A DNA stretch of 64,000 nt from a virus (taxonomy: Duplodnaviria; Caudoviricetes). Position 1 is the stretch's first letter. Each line of letters starts with the position of its first letter. Positions 9,848 through 19,752 of this stretch are shown piece by piece. The stretch is from positions 32,001-96,000 of IMG/VR virus record IMGVR_UViG_3300049141_000098; one strand, 5' to 3'. The translations under genes and the position numbers were made by a program. The notes under the pieces were generated by a model. It worked only from the letters and a program-made list of their open reading frames with translations, was not told the origin of the DNA and did no database searches.

Positions 9848-10341
9848 GACGCCCCCTCGTGGTTGCCCTCTTCACGGAAGGCCAGGTTGTTCCGGATGAT
9901 GTCGGCGATTTCGTCGTAGGCCCGCTGATTGAGTTCGAGATGGGGATCCAGGGCGACATGGAACGCGGCACAGACCGGGTTGGTTTCGACCCCACGCACG
10001 AGCCGGTGCTTGACAGGACTCAGACCCTCGGCGCCACAGTCAACGGCATATCGAGAAAGGTCGACGGCCCCCTCGACCAGCCCCACGACTGCACCGAAGG
10101 CCTCCTGGAACAGGTCATCCGAAAGCCCCTTCCAGTGGGGGCGATCGGCCATGGCGGCGGTCACCTCCAGGCCATCCCAGTCGGTTCCGACGTACCGCGC
10201 GGCCTCGGCCCGCAGGTCGCCCTCGGTGTAGGGAGGATTGGGCCGACAGGGCGTGAGGTTCGAGTGCGCATCCTTCCCGCAGCCACACCGGTAGCCGCTG
10301 GGGCCGTAGGCGAGGGGGTCGGGACTCGGACGGTTGGTCAC
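9844..10341 (-). CDS. Hypothetical protein
   Basis: 165-aa ORF, RBS, 4-bp overlap with next gene. Confidence 0.6.
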   Translation of the reverse strand: MTNRPSPDPLAYGPSGYRCGCGKDAHSNLTPCRPNPPYTEGDLRAEAARYVGTDWDGLEVTAAMADRPHWKGLSDDLFQEAFGAVVGLVEGAVDLSRYAVDCGAEGLSPVKHRLVRGVETNPVCAAFHVALDPHLELNQRAYDEIADIIRNNLAFREEGNHEGAS

Positions 10342-10379
10342 AGACTTCTTCCCTTCCGGTGATCTCTTCTGGATCTGAG

Positions 10380-10898
10380 CTACGTGTATTGCGCGGCGAG
10401 AAGCTCTTGGTGCACATCGGCCGCCCCTTGAAGGAGGTCACACATCCAGTCGTGCTCCTCCCCCGTGAGCGGATTCTTGGCCGAGGAGCCGGTGCGGGCG
10501 AGCTGAATCAGGTGCAGACGCCCATGTAGCTCTTCGGCCGTCACCCAGTCGACATCCCGGGCCGTCAGCTTGGGGCTGCGAGTGCACCCCCGGAACTCAA
10601 AGGCGGCGAACTGGGTGAGCTTGTTGGTGTAGTCGTCGCGGCGCTTGGACTGCATCCACAGCCAGCGGGCGAACGTCGGCTCCAGCAGGTCACCGGCCCG
10701 AGCCCTGGATCCGGGGCACCGGGTGATGATGTAGCCATCATCGTCGCAGTAGATCGGAGCGTCGGGGTCGTACGCCCTCTCGTGCTTGTACACGGTCCCG
10801 TCAGCTCGCACCTGAATCTCGTTCTCGCACTCCAGGCACAAAGTCAGCTTCGGCAGTGGTACGGCGATGCCTGCGAAGGTATCGATCGTCTTGGTCAC
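10380..10898 (-). CDS. Hypothetical protein
   Basis: 172-aa ORF overlapping the preceding gene by 4 bp. Confidence 0.6.
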   Translation of the reverse strand: MTKTIDTFAGIAVPLPKLTLCLECENEIQVRADGTVYKHERAYDPDAPIYCDDDGYIITRCPGSRARAGDLLEPTFARWLWMQSKRRDDYTNKLTQFAAFEFRGCTRSPKLTARDVDWVTAEELHGRLHLIQLARTGSSAKNPLTGEEHDWMCDLLQGAADVHQELLAAQYT

Positions 10899-11224
10899 GC
10901 TCCCTCGAACCTCCTCAGGTCGACGTCACGAGGGTTGTTGCTGCTCCAATGTTCGGCCTTCCTGTCCATGTGCCGCTGGTGGACGTCACGCTCGACACAG
11001 AAGAGCCACTCGCCCCCCGATGACCAGTAGGCATGCCCGCAGGGGTAGTCCACTTCAGTCCAATCCGGGCTCGCCGCCAGCCGCATGGGTCCGAGGACTG
11101 CGTCCACCACGCGTTGGGCCTGTTCAGGTTCGAGTCCCGTATGTTGGATGACGGCTGACTCAAGGTCTCCGTACAGCCCCATCGGGATACGCAGCACCTG
11201 CTCAGCAGGACGGTAGTCGGTCAC
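10895..11224 (-). CDS. Hypothetical protein
   Basis: 109-aa ORF, RBS GGAGAGAAAGG. Confidence 0.6.
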   Translation of the reverse strand: MTDYRPAEQVLRIPMGLYGDLESAVIQHTGLEPEQAQRVVDAVLGPMRLAASPDWTEVDYPCGHAYWSSGGEWLFCVERDVHQRHMDRKAEHWSSNNPRDVDLRRFEGA

Positions 11225-11364
11225 CTTTCTCTCCCTTCCTCATCCGCGCCACAAGCGCGGCCGGTGCTGGCACTTGCGCCAGAACCACCGAATCGTGTCG
11301 CAGCGGTGACAGTAGCCCTTGAAGCCTTGGCGGTAGATCCAGCGGCCGACGTGGGCTCGGAGCA

Positions 11365-11997
11365 TCACGACCCCAGCCGCTCAACACCGCTAGCGACCCG
11401 TACGGCCTGCGAGTGCTCCATCAGGAACTCGTGGACCTCGCGATCCCACTGAGCGTCCGCCATGGCGTGGTGGGCGGTGTTCGGATCCTTATCAGGAAGC
11501 GGAGTGCCGTCGGGGAGTCGGCCGTCCTCGACGCCTGCAAGATCTTCCAGAGTGGCCAGGTCGATGAACGGTCGCCGGGGGACGGAGGAGGGCATCTGAT
11601 CGAACCAGTCGTTGCCGAACAGGTTGTGGATCCGCTGCATGTCCTGGGTGCCATGGTCTGCGACGATGCCGACGTGCTTGCGGTAATTTCGACCCCCGGT
11701 CAGCGCGTGGAAGTACTCCCCCACCTCTTCGGCCATGTTGCGATACGAGTAGACATCGGGATGCCTGGTGTCGATGTCTCCCACCGGACGCAAGGGCAGC
11801 TTCGGCAGGATGTGTTCACGCTGGAAAGGTATGGCGCGCAGGTCGACGAGCCTGGAATTGACGTTCTCGTTCACCATGTACTTGGATCCGCGCTCCGAGT
11901 GCAGGGCGAGCGAGATGAGGCCGTACGGCGAAAGGTCGTCGGGGAGGAACTCCGCGTCGATGTACACGAAGGTGAAGTCCGGGAAGAATGTCTTCAT
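11365..11997 (-). CDS. DEDDh 3'-5' exonuclease (Rv2179c/RNase AS-like)
   Basis: YIDAEF (Exo I), DHGTQD (Exo II), HHAMADA (Exo III). Confidence 0.8.
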   Translation of the reverse strand: MKTFFPDFTFVYIDAEFLPDDLSPYGLISLALHSERGSKYMVNENVNSRLVDLRAIPFQREHILPKLPLRPVGDIDTRHPDVYSYRNMAEEVGEYFHALTGGRNYRKHVGIVADHGTQDMQRIHNLFGNDWFDQMPSSVPRRPFIDLATLEDLAGVEDGRLPDGTPLPDKDPNTAHHAMADAQWDREVHEFLMEHSQAVRVASGVERLGS

Positions 11998-12023
11998 TGG
12001 TTTCTTTCCTTTCCGTTGCAGTA

Positions 12024-12305
12024 TTACAGGAATTCGCTGGACTGCCCACAGAACAGACAGACATCCTCTTCCGCTTCGTCCCCGTAAACGCAGTTCGCGA
12101 CAGGGGACGTCTCACATGGGCGCTTTCCGATAATGATGCTGTCGGCCGATTCGCCGACCACCTCTGCCAAAAGGGCTACGTACTCCCGGTGTTCGCCCAC
12201 GAGCAAGTCCTTCAGCCCTCGTATGAGGAGGTCAACCTGCTCAATGCCGTTCCGCCTTCGTCGCAGTTGTGTCGCGGTCTTCTCGTCGCAATTGACGATA
12301 GTCAC
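12024..12305 (-). CDS. Small Cys-rich protein, paralog of next ORF
   Basis: C..SP...CVY...CLFC motif shared with 12314-12595. Confidence 0.6.
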   Translation of the reverse strand: MTIVNCDEKTATQLRRRRNGIEQVDLLIRGLKDLLVGEHREYVALLAEVVGESADSIIIGKRPCETSPVANCVYGDEAEEDVCLFCGQSSEFL

Positions 12306-12313
12306 GGATCCCC

Positions 12314-12595
12314 CTACTTGCGCTCGCTGGGCTGTTCACAGAACAGGCACTCGTCATCCCGCTCGTCCGTTGAAAGATCGTAGACGCACGACTTGGTGGG
12401 CGATCCCTCGCATTCCCAGTGGCCGAGTTCGAGGTTCTGCGGATCCCGTTCCAAGATCCTCCCCAGCTCATCCAGATAGCTCTGGCGTGCCTCGCTTCTC
12501 ACTCTGCCCAGCTCACTGAGCGCGATGTCGAGGTTATGGACGCGCTGCCTTCTCTGTTCAAGCTGGTACAGAGATTTGCCTTCCCATTTCTTCAT
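12314..12595 (-). CDS. Small Cys-rich protein
   Basis: WECEGSPTKSCVY...CLFCEQPSERK. Confidence 0.65.
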   Translation of the reverse strand: MKKWEGKSLYQLEQRRQRVHNLDIALSELGRVRSEARQSYLDELGRILERDPQNLELGHWECEGSPTKSCVYDLSTDERDDECLFCEQPSERK

Positions 12596-12610
12596 GATTC
12601 TCCTTGCTAC

Positions 12611-13243
12611 TCACGCGCCAGATTCCTTCTTCTTGATTCGCTCGGCGATCGAGCGTGCCTTACCTAGACACGCCTTGCAGGTCGGCCACCGGTCGTCGTA
12701 CTCGCCCTCGACCGGGAAGTAGTCCAGATCCTTGGCCCGACTTGGGGTCCAACACAGGACGTATCCCGCCTCGCGGCGCAGGCGGCCGAACGTGAGGCTG
12801 TCCTTGAGGTAGATGTGGTCTGCGCCTTGGGTGTAGCCGTCCAGATGACGATGCGAGGTGTAGTTGTGACGCACTGTTGCCCGGGTGCCCACCTCCTCCA
12901 GCGCGGCCTTCAAGCGCAGCCACTCTTTGAAAAGTTGCCCGTTCCTCTCGGCTTCCGCCGCCCGGCGCTGCTTCTCCTCCTGCTCATATGCCAAGCGACG
13001 GGCTGTTTCGAGCGGAGGCGGGGGCGGATCGGACTCGGCCTGCTTGGCGATATAAAGCAGATACACCTCAGGCCACGTCAGACCCCTCGGATTACTGCGC
13101 TCTCCAATGATTTCGGCGGCCCATTCGGGGTTGTGCGAATAAGAACTCGACGTGATGGCCGGATTGGTGAAGGGTCCGGCCTCCCGACGTGCCCTTTCCC
13201 GTAGCTCAGCGATCTGCTCGTCGGTCAGATTGGTGGCCCTCAT
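12611..13243 (-). CDS. Hypothetical protein
   Basis: 210-aa ORF with 4-bp overlap with the upstream gene. Confidence 0.65.
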   Translation of the reverse strand: MRATNLTDEQIAELRERARREAGPFTNPAITSSSYSHNPEWAAEIIGERSNPRGLTWPEVYLLYIAKQAESDPPPPPLETARRLAYEQEEKQRRAAEAERNGQLFKEWLRLKAALEEVGTRATVRHNYTSHRHLDGYTQGADHIYLKDSLTFGRLRREAGYVLCWTPSRAKDLDYFPVEGEYDDRWPTCKACLGKARSIAERIKKKESGA

Positions 13244-13659
13244 CGCTTCACCTTCTGTTCGTGCACCACAATGATGTGACGGCGCTTGACTCCGGTGGAC
13301 TTGATTTCAGTGGTATCTCCGACGAGCTTCCAGCCGTGAGTGATACCACCTTCTCCGTGGTATTTACCAAGGCACTGGCAGTCGCATTCACGGCCTTTCG
13401 CCTTCTTGCAGCGAGTGTCGCATTTGTCGACGCCCCGGAAATCGATGTAGACGTCGATGCGTCCAAGGCGTTTTGCCATCGCCTCGACCACGGTGGGGAA
13501 GTGATTGCGCGCGACCCACCAGCACCTGTTGGGTTTGTCCCACTCGGGTCGTATTCGGGCTCCCAGAGTTTCTTTGAGCCAGGTCCGATTGGTGCGGGCG
13601 TAAGGCATGCGAATGGCGACGCGGCCTTCGATTGGACGAGTCACCCAATATTGCGGCAT
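13240..13659 (-). CDS. Hypothetical protein with Cys cluster
   Basis: Start MPQYWVTR after RBS GAAGGGGAGGG; CDTRC...CDCQCLG.H motif. Confidence 0.6.
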   Translation of the reverse strand: MPQYWVTRPIEGRVAIRMPYARTNRTWLKETLGARIRPEWDKPNRCWWVARNHFPTVVEAMAKRLGRIDVYIDFRGVDKCDTRCKKAKGRECDCQCLGKYHGEGGITHGWKLVGDTTEIKSTGVKRRHIIVVHEQKVKR

Positions 13660-13676
13660 TCCACCCTCCCCTTCTT

Positions 13677-14204
13677 TTACTGCTTGGGCGTCCCTGGCTC
13701 GATATAAGCGTCCAGCATCAACTCGCGACTTCCCTTTTCCTGGGCCGTGAGGTGAAAAGCCCGGGGGTTCTCGCTGCACCGGTATGAACGCTGCACGCCA
13801 GACTTGCCGTATCGATGAGCCAGGTCGCGGGCGTACCGTCGAGCCCGAGCCTCGGACCGATGGACCATCTGACGACAGGAGCAAATCGTCTTCTTGATCC
13901 TGAAGTGCCCCCGCTTCAGGCCTGGGGGGCCATCCGCCAGAAATCCTTCGAACGCGTCCTGGTCGCAGGTCAGCCACTCTTCTTCGTTCCACAGCAGGAC
14001 GTAGCGGCGAACGCGAACGCGGCCGTTGACGATGCGAGCCATCACCATTGACTCGTGCGTCGACTTGGACCGGGTGCCCTTCGTTGCGTGGACGAAGGCG
14101 AGCTTCGACCTCCTCCAATACCGCTCGGTGGTGTGCCAGCGGCGCTGGCCGAACTCCGTCAGGTAGTCGGCCAGCGCCGCTGCGAGGCGGTCCTGGTCAC
14201 CCAT
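13677..14204 (-). CDS. Hypothetical protein
   Basis: 175-aa ORF overlapping the helicase stop; C-terminal C...YRC...FHLT motif. Confidence 0.55.
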   Translation of the reverse strand: MGDQDRLAAALADYLTEFGQRRWHTTERYWRRSKLAFVHATKGTRSKSTHESMVMARIVNGRVRVRRYVLLWNEEEWLTCDQDAFEGFLADGPPGLKRGHFRIKKTICSCRQMVHRSEARARRYARDLAHRYGKSGVQRSYRCSENPRAFHLTAQEKGSRELMLDAYIEPGTPKQ

Positions 14205-15807
14205 TGCCGACGGCGACCGGCTCCGCCTCCTGAGCCGGAGCCGGGTACTTGTCGATCCACTTCAGACCGGACCGGTCGAGATGCTCCTGGGCCCGAGTGA
14301 CGGCAACGTAGTGGACCATCGCTTCATGCCGATCGATCTCGCCGGGCTCCAGCGTCTTGGTCTGCTCGTTCTCGACGGGGGCGGGCTCACGGAAATCGTC
14401 GGCGATCTGAACTCGCCTCCACTCCAGGCCCTTGATCGAATGGCAGGTGCTGATGGCCAGGTCATGCTTCGGGTAGCGAGGACTGTAGTCCACGATCTTC
14501 TCGCAGGCATCGAGCAGCCTCCCCACTCCATAGGACTGGACGAGGCGGACGAGCGGCTTGTACTGCCCTCCTGCGGGCTCGTCGGTGAACTCGACGAACT
14601 CGGCCCAACTGGTGAAGTGACTCAACTCCACGTCGCTCGGGCGCTCGCCCTTCATGAGGGAGTTTGCCGCATAGGCGAGGCTCTGGATCTGCTCCTTGCC
14701 ACGCACCAGGGCCACTCGCTTGCCGACGGTGAGGTAGCTCATCGCCCACTCCATAGCCCCCGCGTTGGACCGGGTCAGCACCACGTCCGGGTCAGGCATC
14801 TGTCCTTCGGTGACGCTGTCCTTGATCGTAGGAAGACCCTTGATCGTGATGCCGGTCTTCGTGTGGGCAAGATGCTTGGTCGCCTCCTCTGCCACGGCCG
14901 GTCCGAAGCGGAACGACTGCGTGAGGTACAGGCGCGGGCCATCGAACTTCAGGATCTGATCCGAGGCTCCACGCCACTGGTACAGCGTCTGCGCGGGGTC
15001 GCCGATCAGTACGGCCTGGGCCTTCTGGTTGTCGATGAAGCGCATCGTCGTGTCGTTCGAGTCCTGCGCCTCGTCGCAGATCACCACGTCGTAACCGTAG
15101 TTGACGCCGCCGTCGGAGATGAGCTTGAAGGCCATGTTCATCGAGAAGCGCAGGTTGGAGTCCGGCTGGATGGAGCGGCTCCACAGCTTCCGGGCAAGGT
15201 TGGCAATGTACCTGCGGGCGGCCTCAAGAACGGCAGGCTCAACGCCGTGGACCACGAGAGGCACGTCGTAGGACGTGATCTTCGGGCGGTTGGAGTTGCA
15301 GAATCGCTCGATCGCTTCCTGGGCTAGCTTGGCCTGGGCGTACCCATCGAGGAAGAGGTTGTCGCCGAAATCTACGTCGTCGAGCCTCATGCGCCGGGCG
15401 ACCTCGCGGGCAGGGATGGCCTTCGCCTTGGGGTCCATGCGGAGTACGTACTTCTCCGCGATCTCCTTGCCTCGCCCGGGGTGGCTTGCCTCGTGACGCT
15501 TGTGGTCGGCATACGCCCGCCAGGCGAACGAACTGGTGGTGCGTACGTCCACCCACGTCATGCCAGCCTGCGCGAACTTGCGCTCCGCGTCCAGCTTGGC
15601 CGACTTGTTGTAGACGAGGTAGAGAACCTTCAGCCCCTTCCGTACGCCCCCCATGCCGAGGGCTGTGGCGCTCTTGCCGGAACCGGCGGGAGCTACGAGG
15701 GCGAAGGACTCTCCCTCGGCGGCGAGGTCTATGGCGGCCTGCTGCTCCTCCGTGAACTTCACGTCTTCTCCTACTCCATCTTCGCGTATCAGGCCCCGGA
15801 GAGTCAT
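14197..15807 (-). CDS. SF1 UvrD/Rep-like helicase
   Basis: APAGSGKS, DEAQD, IGDPAQTLYQWRG, LTQSFRFG, STCHSIKGLEW, YVAVTRA. Confidence 0.92.
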   Translation of the reverse strand: MTLRGLIREDGVGEDVKFTEEQQAAIDLAAEGESFALVAPAGSGKSATALGMGGVRKGLKVLYLVYNKSAKLDAERKFAQAGMTWVDVRTTSSFAWRAYADHKRHEASHPGRGKEIAEKYVLRMDPKAKAIPAREVARRMRLDDVDFGDNLFLDGYAQAKLAQEAIERFCNSNRPKITSYDVPLVVHGVEPAVLEAARRYIANLARKLWSRSIQPDSNLRFSMNMAFKLISDGGVNYGYDVVICDEAQDSNDTTMRFIDNQKAQAVLIGDPAQTLYQWRGASDQILKFDGPRLYLTQSFRFGPAVAEEATKHLAHTKTGITIKGLPTIKDSVTEGQMPDPDVVLTRSNAGAMEWAMSYLTVGKRVALVRGKEQIQSLAYAANSLMKGERPSDVELSHFTSWAEFVEFTDEPAGGQYKPLVRLVQSYGVGRLLDACEKIVDYSPRYPKHDLAISTCHSIKGLEWRRVQIADDFREPAPVENEQTKTLEPGEIDRHEAMVHYVAVTRAQEHLDRSGLKWIDKYPAPAQEAEPVAVGNG

Positions 15808-15840
15808 TCTCCAGGTTGTCGCCCTCCAGCGCCGGAGTTT

Positions 15841-16167
15841 CTAGCGGTCACCCTCCGCCTGCCGTGCGCTTTCAGACGCCTCGTCACCTGGGCCCCAGTC
15901 ATCATTGGGGCCCGGCACGAAGTCCATGGGGTACTTGTGAAAGTACGTGGCCAGCTTGTCGAGGTCTTCTGCACTCCAGGTGCCCGCATCGATCTTGCGT
16001 GGCATGTAGGGGCGGGAGACTCCCATAAAGTCGGCCAACTCGTTTTGCTTCTCCGTGTACAACCTGCGAGGGTTTCTGCTGGTCGCCAGCGCATCTCTGT
16101 CCTCGCTGACCGCATCGGCCAACAGGTTCTTCACGGTCTGACTGATGATGTCCCCAGTGGAACGCAC
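15841..16167 (-). CDS. XRE-type HTH DNA-binding protein
   Basis: KQNELADFMGVSRPYMPRKI...WSAEDLDKLATYF. Confidence 0.7.
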   Translation of the reverse strand: MRSTGDIISQTVKNLLADAVSEDRDALATSRNPRRLYTEKQNELADFMGVSRPYMPRKIDAGTWSAEDLDKLATYFHKYPMDFVPGPNDDWGPGDEASESARQAEGDR

Positions 16168-16242
16168 AGGTACCTCCTCGTGAGCGCGTTGCTCAAAGAT
16201 ACCTGGATTTAGCGTGTACCTGCGATTCTATCACCAGCGTCG

Positions 16243-16878
16243 TCAACCAGACCACAGAGATGTGAGGTGCTGAACCAGTTCCTGATCCTTCCCGTCAACC
16301 CGAAGCGTGAAGTGGAGAACGCCGGAAGATTCGGCTTCATCCCGAAGACGCTGCCTGTGCTCCTCGACCTTCGCCACCAGAGCGCGCTTGTAGATGCTCT
16401 CCGCCCGCTTCTCCTTGACCCTGTTGAGGTACGAGCGCGCGTTGGACTGCTCCTTGGTCGCAGATCCGCGCGCTTCGATCGGGATGATGTCCGCGACCGG
16501 ACTCCCCCCTTCCACTCCCTCGCATGCGCCAGTCGAGGCGACTGGATCGACGGGGGGCTGAGGCTCTGAGGGGGTGGCCGGAAGTTCCGGCTCCGGAAGG
16601 GGGACGTCCTGCACCGGTCGCTGCTCGCGCAGCTCTACGTCCTTCACGGCGGGTGTCTGCTGCTTGTCGCTCGTTCCGTAGATGCGGAGAGCTTCCTCGC
16701 GACCGCCTTGCACGTAACCGTAGAAGACGTCAGCGACGAAGAGGACGTCCTCGATGTTCGGGATCCCCCTGCGAATGCTTCCGTCCGGCATCTGCTGGTC
16801 GGCGACGCCGCTGATGGGTGCGCAGAACGAGGCGGCAGCCGAGATGGCGGTGGCCCTTGCTTCCTGATCAGGAGTCAC
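16243..16878 (-). CDS. Hypothetical protein
   Basis: 211-aa ORF, strong RBS, Pro-rich linker between two domains. Confidence 0.65.
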   Translation of the reverse strand: MTPDQEARATAISAAASFCAPISGVADQQMPDGSIRRGIPNIEDVLFVADVFYGYVQGGREEALRIYGTSDKQQTPAVKDVELREQRPVQDVPLPEPELPATPSEPQPPVDPVASTGACEGVEGGSPVADIIPIEARGSATKEQSNARSYLNRVKEKRAESIYKRALVAKVEEHRQRLRDEAESSGVLHFTLRVDGKDQELVQHLTSLWSG

Positions 16879-16896
16879 GTCCCTTTCCTTTCCGGC

Positions 16897-17097
16897 TCAT
16901 TTCCAGCGGGGAAGCGTCTGATAGAACGCTAGGTACCCGATGATGTAGAGCGCCGACAGTGCGACAAGGATGACGGCACTCTCGACCAGCGCGACGCCGA
17001 GTCGGCGCAGGTAGTCCCCCACCCGGGCTCCTGTGTGCGCTGATGAATCATGTGGCATGTGCGACCACCTGTCATCGCCCCATCTTCCGGACCTCAT
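16897..17097 (-). CDS. Small membrane protein
   Basis: Single C-terminal hydrophobic helix. Confidence 0.45.
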   Translation of the reverse strand: MRSGRWGDDRWSHMPHDSSAHTGARVGDYLRRLGVALVESAVILVALSALYIIGYLAFYQTLPRWK

Positions 17098-17253
17098 TCA
17101 CGTCGTCGAGGCGATAGCCGATGCCCGTCAGTGTGCGGACGGGCTTCACGTTCCGGCCGAGGATGTTCCTTGCCCGCCGCATGTTCACGCCCATGCGAGC
17201 TGCGGCTTCCGGGAGGGTGACCACGGGGTCATTGGGGTTCATGTGCATGGCAG

Positions 17254-17796
17254 CTACTCTGCCACGTCCTTTTCCAATGCGGAACTGATCAGATCCAGTT
17301 GACGAAACGCCAAGGTGAGAACGACCTCCCCGAGAGAGCCCAAGCCCAAGACTCGCTGCGCCTTCTTCAGATCTGCACTTCTCTCATGCACGAGTTGCTC
17401 GAATTGAATCTGCTTCTTCGCTAGGGCCACGACGTCGTTCATGGATTCCAAGCCCGCGCTACTTGCCGCCTTGCGGACCTGAACCTGCTCCATCGCCAGC
17501 GGCACAAGTTCGTCCGTAGATTCAAAACCTGCACCACTCGCGGCTGCTTCAAGACTGCTCTGCTTCTTTGCCAGGACGATCAGTTCGTCCACGGACGCCG
17601 ATGCATCGGCTCTGGAGCTTACGATCTCTTGAACTTGACACTGCCTCAGGGACAGGGCCCTGATCACATCCACCTCGTACTTGAGGCCCAACTCCTTCTG
17701 CGCCTCTTTGATTTGATGCATCTCCGTCGGAGTCCATCGGATAGCGGTTCGTTCACTACGGACCTCTGCGTCCGACTCCCTGCTTCGTCCAGCCAT
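17254..17796 (-). CDS. Repeat-containing helical protein, possibly ribbon-helix-helix-like
   Basis: TAIRWTPTE strand followed by repeated helical units; RBS AGGAGGGG before ATG at 17796. Confidence 0.55.
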   Translation of the reverse strand: MAGRSRESDAEVRSERTAIRWTPTEMHQIKEAQKELGLKYEVDVIRALSLRQCQVQEIVSSRADASASVDELIVLAKKQSSLEAAASGAGFESTDELVPLAMEQVQVRKAASSAGLESMNDVVALAKKQIQFEQLVHERSADLKKAQRVLGLGSLGEVVLTLAFRQLDLISSALEKDVAE

Positions 17797-17895
17797 GCCC
17801 CCTCCTTCCTGGTGGCCTAGGTCAATCATACGCACGAATGGCAGCCATTCGCAATGGCTGCCATTCAAGGGATGCGACCCAGCCCCCCGGGAGGT

Positions 17896-18378
17896 TCAGT
17901 TCTCGTACTGCCGCCCTGGGCTGGAGGTCAGGGCGAAGACCACCGCGAGAGCTGCGATGACTGCGTTGACCAGGGAGTATGTGAGGAAGGCGGCGACGCC
18001 GCTGACGCCTGCCACGATCCACATGCCCACATAGAGACGGTAGTCATGCACCTTGTGCTCGACGACTTCCTCGCGGATGTAGGGCGACTCCTGCTGGATG
18101 CGGGTTGTCAGCTCGTAGTCCATCTCGCGGGCGCGCACGGTCGCCTCGGGCCCGTGGGCGCTTGCTTCTGGTGGCAGGCGTGCAGAATCCGCGCCGGTTG
18201 CGTGCTCAACGGGGGTGTAACCCTGCGTTGGCACAGTGCGGGTCTCCAGGCGCGCAGAAGCCAGAGTGCGACGTGACCGTGCACCCCATACCTCATCCTT
18301 CTCGTAAGTCACTGCTGTCGCATCACCTTTCCCTCCACTTCCGAACTCGATTGTGCGGCATATGGCCGCAGTCTGCAA
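17896..18378 (-). CDS. Membrane protein
   Basis: Two C-terminal hydrophobic helices. Confidence 0.5.
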   Translation of the reverse strand: MQTAAICRTIEFGSGGKGDATAVTYEKDEVWGARSRRTLASARLETRTVPTQGYTPVEHATGADSARLPPEASAHGPEATVRAREMDYELTTRIQQESPYIREEVVEHKVHDYRLYVGMWIVAGVSGVAAFLTYSLVNAVIAALAVVFALTSSPGRQYEN

Positions 18379-18412
18379 AGCATCAAGTAGCCCGACCGGA
18401 GCCGGGTTTCTG

Positions 18413-19129
18413 TCACAACTGCAAGAACACCAGCAGCGCGTTCGCTGCCAGGGAGACGCCGATGGCGGGCCCCTTCTCCCGCGAAGAGCCGGAGGTCACC
18501 GCCCGGCCTAACAGCCGAATGCTCCACCAGCGTTTGCCCTGGATGGGGATGGGCCAGAAGGCGGGCACGCCGCCCTTCGTGCAAGCGTCGGCCACGATGT
18601 GACTCAGGTAGCCCCCCGCAGCAGCAAGTGCCATCAGCCATGGATTCAGCAGGAGTGCGCTTCCCGCAGCCGTCATTGCGGCGCCGATCACGACCAAACC
18701 GGCCGCCCCTCGATGTAGGGGTCGGAGCAGGAAGACGCCAAACGCAGCCGCGAGTGCAGCGGTGATGGGGCCAGCGAAGGTCAGAATGTAGGCCATCACG
18801 CCAACCATCAAGCTGGCAGCAATGGTGTGGGTGAGGGTGCGGTGGTAGGGATCCCTCCATCGTCTCGCCCGAGCCCACTCGATGGAGGCCAGATCGCGGT
18901 GTGTTCCGGTGCTGCGGTACACCCCCGAGCACACTTTGTGAACGACCTTGTGGGCAGCACCCCCAAGTGCCCGGTCGGCCGCCGCGTTGCGGCAGTCGAT
19001 GTCGGGAAGCAGAGAGTATCCGGCGGATACCGCCGCCATCGCGACACCCTGAAAGATCGTTACGTGTTGCGTAATGACAAGACCAATCGGTGTCGACGCC
19101 CCGATTGCCGCGTGCACAGACCCTTTCAC
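18413..19129 (-). CDS. Membrane-bound metal-dependent hydrolase (YdjM-like)
   Basis: GSVH, SLLPDID, HRTLTH, GYLSHIVAD..T.GGVP motifs and several TM helices. Start uncertain. Confidence 0.8.
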   Translation of the reverse strand: MKGSVHAAIGASTPIGLVITQHVTIFQGVAMAAVSAGYSLLPDIDCRNAAADRALGGAAHKVVHKVCSGVYRSTGTHRDLASIEWARARRWRDPYHRTLTHTIAASLMVGVMAYILTFAGPITAALAAAFGVFLLRPLHRGAAGLVVIGAAMTAAGSALLLNPWLMALAAAGGYLSHIVADACTKGGVPAFWPIPIQGKRWWSIRLLGRAVTSGSSREKGPAIGVSLAANALLVFLQL

Positions 19130-19366
19130 CCCAACACCTGCCGCTTCAGCGTGGCCTCCTCCTGTGTTGCCCGAGATGGTGAGGTGCAGCATGGAGTCCA
19201 TCGCCCTTCCTTGGCGCGCCAGCCGCGACCGAGGCACCAGGGGCACGGCCGACCCCTCCGGCAGTTCGCGCAGAAGGATCGGGTGCTCTTTATGGCGGTG
19301 CAGCCGTCACAGTCCGATTCGGGTGGGCTGATGCTTGTGTATCGGACGGCGCTCTGTTCGCTCACG

Positions 19367-19684
19367 TCAGTTCCCCCAGCCGTTTCCGTCGAGCACTGTG
19401 TAAACCTCTTTCCGATATCCGAGGGCGACTATCGACTTGCCTGGAATGAAGATCACTCGCAGTTTGTCGTGGGCAACTTTCCATGGGAGTGCGCCGAAGC
19501 GACCACGCGTGGCCTGGCCGTTGGTCATTCGAACGCTCCCCCGGGGCGTCTCCCCTGTCAAGATTTGATCAACCAGTCTCTGAATCCGCTTGGCTGCCTG
19601 CGCGTCAGTCTTGTGAAGCTTCTTCAAAGCTCGTCTTGCAACCGGCTCAATCTCAACCCTTGCAGCCACACCCGTTCCTGACAC
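19367..19684 (-). CDS. RelE/ParE-like toxin
   Basis: VEIEPVARRALKKL...RIQRLVDQI...PRG...LRVIF...VALGYRKEVY matches the RelE-fold pattern. Confidence 0.65.
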   Translation of the reverse strand: MSGTGVAARVEIEPVARRALKKLHKTDAQAAKRIQRLVDQILTGETPRGSVRMTNGQATRGRFGALPWKVAHDKLRVIFIPGKSIVALGYRKEVYTVLDGNGWGN

Positions 19685-19752
19685 AGCTTCTCTTCCTTTC
19701 CAAATACAGAAGGCGGCCGAAGCGATGCGCTCCGGCCGCCCATGGCGCTGCT

